64,000 nt of DNA, taken from the NCBI RefSeq assembly GCF_009914755.1, contig NC_060937.1. One strand, written 5' to 3'. The position numbers and the translations under genes were made by a program. Below the pieces are notes generated by a model. It was not told the DNA's origin. It did not search any database and saw nothing but the letters and a program-made list of their open reading frames with translations. The DNA is from the human T2T-CHM13v2.0 reference genome, Homo sapiens. Below, in pieces: positions 52,690 to 64,000 of this stretch (the stretch's first letter is position 1; every line of letters begins with the position of its first letter).

Positions 52690-55600
52690 TTAAACTTAAG
52701 GGCACTTTTATTATTTTAGAAAATGCTTACTTCCAGTTACAATGTAATCCAGGAAAGACACTGTTATGGCACAAAAATTAAGTTTTAGTAAGAGTTTTGT
52801 AAATACATGAGCTAAATGAACATTTACACACCAAACAGCTTCAAATATGGTACTTTCTGGAAACAGTTTGTTGCTTTGAGTGTTATTCAAATCCCTAACT
52901 TGTTTGCCTTATTATAATGTTCTGTAACGTAAAGGGGAAAAAATATTTTGGGCAGTCAGAAACCTTAAAGTGAGTCAACCCAAGATTTGCACTGTAATAT
53001 AAAATTAGGAAGAAAAGTGCCTTCCCTGACCTTAAATGTACAATGTCCATATGCTATATTAAAGGTTATTTAGGATATCCTCAATTTGTAGGGGTGGCGG
53101 GTGGTGATGGTGGCAGGACTCTATTCATCTTTGGAAAACACATTTACTCTCTTAAATCATGCAATACTCTCTATAAGTATTTATTTTGGTGGAGATTCAT
53201 GAATTAGTGTTACAAATATCAGAAGTTCAAAAAATTCAGAAAAAAGGAGTTTATTCAGTAATACAAAATAAAGAAAGTGTTAATAATACTTTTTAAAAAG
53301 CCTAACGTGAAAGGAGACCTAAACCCTATTGGATTAATTTTTTGTAAAGTGATGTTTAAATTATATTCATAGTTATTAGTCCAGGTATTCTTGTGTAGGA
53401 ATTCTATGACCTATCCACTTACTTGTCCAGAGCCGAAGAAATCCAGGATAAATGAGAAAGATGCTGGCTTGCTATTTTTCTTTTGTAAATTTAAGGATTT
53501 ATTCGTGTCAATTTTATTAAAAAATACAAGAATAACCATTAAAAGTTTAAAAAGGAGAAAGTGAGTGATAATATAAGTAATAGTTTTAGAATTTAAAAAA
53601 TGATTTTTGGTACTGTAACTATAGTGATGTTTAACATTTTATAAAAACAGGGATATAAGAAGTAATTGTATACAGCAGCTTAAAAACCATGTATGTAAAT
53701 ATAATACTCAAATGCTATAGGTATAGCATTTGAGTTTTAAAATAGGCTTAGAGATTTTTTAAAACTTTCTAATGAATCAAGAACAAAATAGTTTCAGTGA
53801 AATTTCCAGGCTAGAAAAAAAAAGGTCTGGAATCTTGCCCACAGAGAGAGGCAATTTCTATTTTTATTGCATGTTTCAATGTCTTAAAGGACTAGTTGAG
53901 TAGAGAACAATTCCACACTGCCTGAGAGAGAAGGACCCAGCCTTTAGAATCATGGATACCTCAAAGAGCAAAAGGATGTGAAACATGCTTTCATTTCTTA
54001 CATGAACTGAAATCAGTATGCTAACCTGAAAAAACACCACAGGCACTGTTCTATTGCAAAACCTCACTTCTTTATAGATTAGTGATTTTCAAGTAGGTGA
54101 ATCTAATTCTACACTCCTATCCACTCTAAATGGACCCACTAGACTATGGTCAATGGTACAATACTGGCATTTCCATAAACATATTGTGACTAAATTCAAT
54201 TTTAAAATGTAAAAACTAGATACAATTTGAGTTCTCATGCTCATCTCCAACCCCACTCAAAATCAAATTGTGGGTAAATAAGAAGCTTGTTACTGTTATG
54301 AACATTTATTATGGTAGAACTTAAAGAACCAAGTATTGACATCCACTTGTACTTGAGCTGTACTTGTGCTCTTGGATGATTGCTATTGCATTTTCTAAAA
54401 TGGCCAAAGCTTTTTATCGGAATGCTTCTCACACTAGGATCTTCTAGCAGCCCTTATCACTCACAAGAACTAAGTCCTGCTGCCCTAGGCCTATGGCATA
54501 CACTGCATGTAATGAGTGAACTTCGGAGAGAAGTTATGCATCTAGAATGGCTGTAGTTATGCACCAGCCTGGAGAGGAGTGAGAAAGTCACTCACAGTTT
54601 TCCAAAGGGCTAATTTCTCTCTTGTCAATCTGGTTGAGAAAGTCTCTGAGGAGACGTATGGAAAAGTTAGCATTTTTCAAGCCTAGGAGCCTGTCCAGTG
54701 CATCCTACAGCAAGCAGAATGTACTAACAAATTCTTTGTGTTTGACTGACATGAAAAACTAGTTGCATGCAAGAATCTGAGACTTGGAAATTGCATTCCT
54801 TTCATCAGATTGTTAGTGGAGCACCCTTTATGATAGAAAACAGAAAGTATGTTTGGAGTGTGGTCCCAAATGCATCATCGAGAAGTTAATTTATAAAAAG
54901 AAATGTATTACATTGGTCTCGCTGAACAAGGGCTAATGATACTCAGTAGAAGTTGGAGGTGAAAAGTGTGAGTAGAAACAGGCTCAACATGACCATCGTT
55001 CATTTTATAAACAAATGGTGACCAAGATACTACAGCTGTGTGTGCAGGACAGAAAATTCTGCCGTCTTCCAGCCATGCCCACACACATAAATAGCCTTCC
55101 CTGTCAGGACAGCTCTGGTGTGGAGGCAGAATGGGGCATACAGCCTGCATGAGCACGCGCCCTCCCCCAGGCAGGGATCCCCAGACACTTATATTATTTA
55201 CACTGGAGAAAGCAAACAGGCTGCCCACAAAGAATGATTAGGAAGCTTGAAGTGTTTTATTCTGTACTTTTTAAAAGTGTAGATTGTCATAGATTCATCT
55301 GTATAAATAATTTTCCTGGCAACAGTAGTTCACTTTTCACTTCCCATTCAAAATCTTCAGAACTTCTATTTGAATGCACTTAAAACTTTCCCCTGCTTTT
55401 GTTTTATATAATACATTCTCATTATAATTAGGTGACTCATGAAATTAAAGAATTTCTTTTACAAGAAAGTTCAAAATCTTTAGTAAAGATGCTAGTAGCA
55501 TGCATTAGGGCAAATTAGCACTGTCTTGGTCAGCAATCATTCTAACAGTATTTAAAGAAAGAAAAACACTATTTTTCTTTCATTTTTCCTGAAAGAAAGT

Positions 55601-56414
55601 GGGAGAAAATAGGCATAGCTGCACCATTCAAAGCACAAAATAATCATTTAGAAAATAAATACCTACGGCATACCCGACACACTTTTATGTCAATTTCCTC
55701 AACTGTTTAAAAATGGCCTCAGGCGTGGCTGCGTTTCCACCTGCCTTCTGCCAGCAACCTCTGGGGCCCTTGCCCACTGAGCCTGCCTCTGGAGGGTAAC
55801 TGCTCTTTGTCACTTGTCATGAGGCCTGAAGCTTGATATCCTGGGCTTCACATGCAATTTCGGAAACTCAAATGACACTACATAGACTTGCTGTAAATCT
55901 TTTTTTAGTGCAGTTTGGCAAATATCCCAAATGAAATTCAACTCTAAGTTAAAAGTATCAAAGAGATAGAGCTAAGTGCTCTGGCCCAGAGCTAAGACCC
56001 TCTGGGCCGCCCAGAGGCTCTGGAGAGCTTAGGAATAGCAAACCCAATTGCCCAGGAGCTAAAGGGACTGCAGGATACCTGTTGCTTTACCACTACAGAA
56101 CAGTTACCCCCAGAGACAGCCCTCAGCGACCAGATTTCTGGGCTGCTGTGAAGATCTTAAAGGCCCACAACCCTTGTCCCCGCCACCCCCAAACTCAGAA
56201 AGTGGGAGTTATCCCCACTGTAACTCACAGTGCTAAGAACAGCAAGCATTGAACACGGAAACCTGATCTCTCCTCCATCGTCCACCTCCTGGGACTCCAG
56301 TCGCTCCCACCTCCTGGGACTTTCAGGTTCTATCTGCTGGTGGGAAGTGCACTTTGGTTTTGGTTTCTAAGAAAAAGATCACTACACAGCTGTCTGGAGG
56401 CAGGCACCCGGGCA
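52690..56414 (-). other. GJA3: GJA3 3'UTR (~3.7 kb, AU-rich, essentially repeat-free)
   Basis: Continuous repeat-poor sequence from the stop codon to the poly(A) signal; more tttatt hexamers at ~53180, 53250, 53498, 53513, 54305, 55256. Confidence 0.75.
52707..52712 (-). terminator. GJA3: Distal poly(A) signal of GJA3
   Basis: tttatt (AATAAA on -) at the boundary of the AT-rich UTR. Downstream on - is T/GT-rich sequence (GTTGGTTATTTTCATT). Confidence 0.7.
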
Positions 56415-57760
<1,346 letters not shown>

Positions 57761-59332
57761 GAACACCGGGCTGCAACGGCTGAGTGCCGGGTCCGCACCC
57801 ATGGGCGGCGGCAGCGGCCTGGATGGTACTGGGATGGGGCTGATGGGCAGCTTCTCCACAGGACAGGCATCGCAGCTCCCCAGGACCTGGACGAGCAGGC
57901 ACTACACAAGTGCAAGCGTCCATGAGGAACCACAGGTTAAACTCTTCATTTCAGAGAGGAGGAAGCCAGAGCCAGAAGAGAAAATGCCCTCCTCTGGCCT
58001 CCAGACTGCTCAAGCCCTCTCCCTGAGGCTGACCCTACAGGAGCTCTGGGGCTCTGCGGCCCCTTAGGCCACTTCTGAATCATGACCTTTCTGTTCAGGT
58101 GGGATTAGAGCAACCTCTTCCCAAATTGCTGCCATCCCCATGCCCATGCCACCTTCAGAACTTCTGCCATGTTAATCTGATACCTCTTCTACTATTTGCT
58201 TTTTCTGTCTTCACATCAACTCTTTATGCTTAAATTTATCTCAACTAGGAAAGTTTACATTACTACTGTCAATGGAAAATCGGCACTAATACCTTCAATG
58301 GATGGTAGCTTTAAGAGTAAATATATTCCAACTCAGCCAGCTTTATTTTGGAAGTAAGGAAATAAAGACTTACTCCCCTTTTTTAAAAAAGAATAAATTC
58401 CTTGATGACAATGAAGTTGATACAGTCTATGGGATATTGCTTGCCAAAAGCTCTGGATGTAAGCTCTCTTGTTACAAAGAGGAAGATGAGGAGTATTGGA
58501 GAGGTGTTAAACAAACTAGTATCAAACCAAGCCCCTCTCCAAGGCCACTATTAGGATAGAAACAGAATTGATAAAGGAATGATCTTCTCACACATGATTC
58601 AGCATCCACTGACGACCACCTGAAATCACCTCACCTGACCGGATGCCCACACTGGATTCTAGGCAGAGCTGAAGGGGTGCTGGATGGGGGCAGAGGAAGC
58701 ACTTGGGGTGAACCGAGCTTGAGGATCCTGTGAGGACCAGGGGCCAGCTCAGCAGAGCCGGGCCTTCAGTGGCCGTCACTCAACAGCACTCGTGGGTACC
58801 CAGATGTCTGAGGGTAGAAACAGCACGCCCAGACTCAGTCAGGGTGCAAGTGAGTGGAGCCCAACCAGTGTGGGAGATAGCATGGATCCTCTGGGTCAGA
58901 GTGCCCATGGGTGTTGGGCAGGGCTCACCAGCCCTACCTGCCCCAGAAGTGTGACTCCGAAGAAGGCAGCCCAAGGAGGGGGTGGTACCAGCTGCAGGCC
59001 CACCCCCAGGCCCAATTCAGCAAGTGTTAGGTAAACATCCCCAGGCAGGCAGCTTCCTCTCTCAGCCTGTGTACAACAGGGACCACGGTCATACACAGGG
59101 ATGGAGGGAGGTGAGACTGCCAGCCTGCTAAGAAAGCAGCAGTGCCCACAGACACGGGATGAAGATGAGATGGCATCCCGTGTCGCTGCTGCCCCAACAG
59201 GCTGGATGCTGGGAATGGGAACAGAAAAACAGCTCCATGCTTTGCAGTGAGGAAAGCAGTCTCAGCTGTGAGGACACAGTCTCCAGTGGAACCAAAGAAA
59301 ACACTTGTCATTTTCAATTTTAAAATATTTCA

Positions 59333-59630
59333 GGCTGGGCGCGGTGGCTCACGCCTGTAATCCCAGCACTTTGGGAGGCTAAGGCGGAAGGATCACTTGA
59401 GGTCAGGAGTTCAAGAATAGCCTGGCCCACATGGTGAAACCTCATCTCTACTAATAATACATAAGTTAGCCAGGCATGGTGGAGGGTGCCTGTAGTCCCA
59501 GCTACTTGGGAGGCTGAGGGCAGGAGAATTGCTTGAACCTGGAAGGCAGAGGCTGCAGTGGGCTGAGATCATGCCACTGTACTCCAGCCTGGATGACAGA
59601 GCAACAGTCCATCTCAAAAAAATTTTTTTT
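59333..59630 (+). mobile_element. AluS in GJA3 intron 1
   Basis: Full dimer. Confidence 0.9.
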
Positions 59631-60639
59631 TAAATATTAATTTTTATGAATTGGTTCAAAGGCAAATCAACAAAAGAAAACTCTACTCATTAACAATCTA
59701 AAGAAACAGACGAATGTTAACTCTCCCTTAGAACAAACTCCCAACATTCTGCTTGGACCCCTGGAGCTCTTAGAGAAAGCGGACTACTCACGCATCCTCC
59801 CAGCCTCTCATCTCCTATTGTGGCTGGCATCTTTTCTTGTGTTCTAAGGAGGTAGGATGTTTTACTTTAGAAACTTAATTACTGCACTTGAAACCACCCA
59901 GTCACCCCCAGGAGGGATGTCTGGGAACAATTTGGGGTCACTTCCTGCTTCTCCTCCAAGTGTCCCTCTGGGCTGGGACCAGGCCCCCAATGGCATCTAT
60001 GCCCCTACCTGCCCAGGCGTCTGGGCAGACACTGCACAGGACAAAACCATGATAGCATGCAAGACCCATCAGCACCTGGGCCCAGCCACGCTGAAGCCTG
60101 AAACTCCACCTTTAGGCCTCTGTACATGCTGTTTCTCCAACCTAAAGCCCCGCTCCGTCCGGCCACTGCCTGCTGACCTGCCCCTTGCCTACACAGTCCC
60201 CTCAGGGGTGGCCATCTCAGGCCTACACCGGTGCCCTGGGTTCTCTCTCCCCCTTGCCATGCCCTGGTTTAATGGCTGTCACCTCTTCCCAACATCCCCC
60301 TCCCCATCCCGCTCCAGCAGGCTCCCTCCATCCTCCCACAGCCCCACCTGCCAAGCTTTCCCGGGCAAGAGCAGCCTCTGGGCTCTAGAGTACACCTGCT
60401 CCCTGTGCCTTTCCCCTAGGCCTGGCTCTGAGGACGGGGCAGGCATGGGCATCCTTTCCTGTTCCCTGTCTACCGGCAGAGTAGCTGGGTAATGTGCTTT
60501 CCAGAGGCTTCCGAGGAAAGGCCGCTGTGGGTAGTTCATACCCCTTCCAGCAGCCTCATACTTGCTCCAGCAGTTCTTGCTAAAAGGCAGTCTACACGAG
60601 GTGCTGGGACAGGGGCCTGGCTGGCTCCCCACACACGGC

Positions 60640-60815
60640 TGATGGCACAGAGCACCATGAGGGAGGGGTCTGCTGCCCGTCACAGACTGGACAATGCCAC
60701 TGGCGTTTCCCTGTGGGGCCAGTGGAGGCAAAATGTTCTGCCGTGTTTGGGGTGACCTCATGGGAAAGAACTGTCCCACCCCAAATGCCTATCGTGCACC
60801 TGTTGAGAAACATGG
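60640..60815. mobile_element. MER20-like hAT fragment
   Basis: gccactggcgtt...gggaaagaactgtcccaccccaaatgcc...gttgagaaac. Confidence 0.55.
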
Positions 60816-61314
60816 GGCCAAATAACTACTTATTCAACTGGTAAACCAGATGATAGGATGGGGAAGCTGACCACAGCAGCTGAGCCTGCTCCAGATCCTT
60901 TAGGCCCAGGGGCTGCAAAACACTGGAATATATGCCCTTGGAAGAGCCTTGCGACCTCTGAGTGCAACCTACAAGAATGATGACCAGCCACCAGCCAGAC
61001 CCTTGCTTGTGCCCCATCAGGGGCCAAGGCTGTGTCCCAGAGACAGGATGACACAGTGTTTCCTGAACAGGAGCATCCAGCATTCAGGCACTGTGTGTTG
61101 TAGCACACCAGGGATCTGTGTGGATCTTTCTGGAAAAGAATGAGAGACATGAATCCAACAATACCTTTGACCTCTAATTCTACTTCCAGGACATCCTACT
61201 AAGGAAATAATCAGAGACTTGGGTAAATGTGTGTGCATGGCATATTGTGATGTTACCCATAAGGAATGACTGGAAACAGAAATGTCTGGTAGAGGATGAA
61301 CAGTTCCCTGAGCA

Positions 61315-61797
61315 GTGCTGGCTGGCCGTGGCTGACACCGTGCTCTGGCCAACCCAGCTCCTACTACCATCCTTCTCTCCCTTGCCTGACTCTAATGTGA
61401 CTGGGAAGGGAAATGTTTGCTTCTTCATCCTCCCTTGTGGCTGGAGGTGAATAGAAAAGGCAGTTCTGTCCAGTGAGTTGTAAGATGTCTGCTGGGGAAT
61501 GTCTGGGAAAGCTTTGGTTTTCTAAGAAAAGGGCAGGTGGTACTTGTGCTGTCCTTTCCCTTTCTTTTCCACGTACAGTACAGATGTGATGCTGGAGCTG
61601 GGCAGCCACCTGGCAAGCATGAATCAATAAGCACAGGGGATTGGTTAAGAGAGTCGTAGGTCACCTGCTGTGAACTGTGGAAATGCCGAATCAGCCCCAT
61701 CAGCCACTTCCAGATTTCTTATGTGAGGGGAGAACCTTATTTGTTCAAATTAGGTTTCCTGTTGCTTGCAAGTGAAAAAGAATCCCTAACTGATACA
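61315..61797 (+). mobile_element. Old ERVL/MaLR LTR (MLT1J/K- or LTR16-like) within L1ME remnants
   Basis: gatgtgatgctggagctgggcagccacc...cctgttgcttgcaagtgaaaaagaatccctaactgataca. Confidence 0.6.
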
Positions 61798-62687
61798 CTA
61801 TCTTAAATGCCTTATGAAATAAAGTCTGGTAAAAATGAAAAGCTATGGTTCATTTATAACCACTAAAATATAAAGTAGCCATTAGATGTAATTTTTCAGA
61901 ACATTAATGACGTGAAAAATTACTGATGCTATGATAAATGACAAGAACTTAGGACAACACAACAGTCTGATACCAGCTATTTTATACACTCTCTTACGTG
62001 GACACAGAAAAAGGAAGAATGATACTGAAATGTTAACAGTGGTGCTTCTGAGAATGGGGTGATTTTTCTTTTCACAGTTCTCTGCATTTTCTATGACAAC
62101 ATATCACACTGCTCATCATAAAAGATAGATGACCATAGCTTTCATTTTTCGCAGTTGTAGCTTTTGAAAAAATCAGCTGACTCCTTTTTCATTGTTCCTT
62201 CATTGTGGTTTCTACTCTGTTCATTGCTTTAATCATGTCTGTAGTAAGCACACAAACAGATACAATACACTTTGCACGCTTAGCCCAATGTCAGAGGATA
62301 ATGACTGTGGGATCACCGAGAGTTTAGAGTGGATTCCATCTTCCTGCCTGGCAATCTCCCGTATCAGGCGCAGTGTTTGGAGAAAGCAGTTTCCCCAACA
62401 GACTCTAAGTGAGCAAGGGCAAGGGTGTCTGTGTCCCCATCACTCATCTGAGCCTCACGACTACACTTCACAGTTTGGGTTTTGTTTTGTAAAACACATG
62501 CATGAATAAATGAAAATTTAACCAGAACACAGACAATCTATCTGGGAGACTGACAACTGGATCCTGATCAGACCTGCGTGGAAGCCTCCCCAGCAGATGC
62601 GGTATCCACCTCCCTTCGCCGTCAGACTTTAGTTGGCTCTGGATGACATGCAGAGGCTCTGGGGGCATTTTACCAATACTATGGTTC

Positions 62688-63003
<316 letters not shown>

Positions 63004-63642
63004 TAATCATATTCCTAATATCACTAGATAGTGAAATCAGCAGAGAGTTGCACATGTGTCGCAGAAAGACTCTTCTGTGCTAAGTACAGGCAGAGGATGA
63101 GAGAAGGTATGCCAGGACTGACAGAGGCTGAGGTCAGGCAAGGCGCTGCTGAACCATGTGTCCTGAGTACCGCTGGGCAGAGGAAAAGACGGGCTTTCGC
63201 TCATCACCCACGGGGAGGCCCCCGGTGTGATCGCTTAACCTTGCAAGGTGCACGCGACCTAATGACAGAATACCACAGCCCATGTTGTTGAAACCTTTTT
63301 AGAGAACTGACCTAAAAACTGTGGGGGTTACACAGCACTGTGTGGCAGGGTGTTTATGATCTCCCATGAGATGGCCCTTAATCTTTTTGGTTCTGCCTCA
63401 GTGAAAACCTTGATTCTTAATCGTCTGAATAACAAACAGGTCTTATGTTTCAAAATTTATGACGCTGCTTTCATAGTCTTTGAAAAGTTACGTTTTCCTT
63501 TCAACGGTAAATTGTTTCCCCCTTGGCCTTCAAGATCCATTGCATTTTCCCTCAGACAAATCAATGGCTATTTCCTCAGTGACAGTCTTGCTCTCAATTC
63601 TGGGCCACAGGTTTTGATGGCCACACAAGAAGTTTAAGGAAT

Positions 63643-63935
63643 GATCTCGGTGCAGTAGCTCACACCTGTAATCTCTGCACTTTGGGAGGCCAAGCAGGAG
63701 GATCTCTTGAGCCCAGGAGTTCAGGGGCAGCCTGGGCAACATAGCGAGACTTCCTCTGTACAAAAAATTAGCTAAGTGTGGTGGTGCATGCCTATAGTAC
63801 CAGCTACGTGGGGGGCTGTGGTGGGAGGATCAATTGAGCCAGGGAAGTTGAGGCTGTAGTGAGCCATGATTGTGCCACTGCGTTCCAGTCTGGGTGACAG
63901 AGCAGGACCCTGTCTCTTAAAAAAAAGAGAAAGAA
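63643..63935 (+). mobile_element. AluJ
   Basis: Dimer flanked by agtttaaggaat on both sides. Confidence 0.88.
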
Positions 63936-64000
63936 ATAGTTTAAGGAATAGTCTCTATCTTAAAAATCTATTTGTGGAGGTGGAAAAATTTAGCAAATTA

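Noticed and set aside
56282-56320. Direct repeat ccacctcctgggact x2 in the proximal GJA3 UTR
   Set aside because: Short duplication with no further evidence of function.

Overview
Human (primate) genomic DNA, recognisable as 13q12.11. Two genes converge tail to tail. On the + strand is the last coding exon and long AU-rich 3'UTR of ZMYM2 (CDS end 274-466). On the - strand is GJA3/connexin 46: single coding exon (CDS 56415-57722, 435 aa), ~3.7 kb 3'UTR ending near 52690, and the downstream part of intron 1. The ~46 kb between them is repeat-rich: about 30 Alus, L1/HAL1, L2, MIR, DNA-transposon fossils including a near full-length Cheshire-like hAT element, and solo LTRs (LTR12, LTR33, MLT, MER51, MER21, THE1, MER50). 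It also holds three orphan CpG-rich islands (~32.8-33.8, ~42.1-43.5 and ~51.3-52.0 kb). Almost all other ORFs in the track are Alu/L1-derived or GC-driven. I see no convincing new multi-gene system. The best leads are perfect hairpins in both 3'UTRs, an LTR12 promoter aimed antisense at ZMYM2, the orphan CpG islands (one with a Kozak small ORF and splice donors), a conserved internal-start Met in GJA3 matching GJA1-20k, the GJA3 Met299 allele, and several rearranged or nested repeats. Repeat subfamily names come from my recall of consensus sequences, not a search, and boundaries are approximate.
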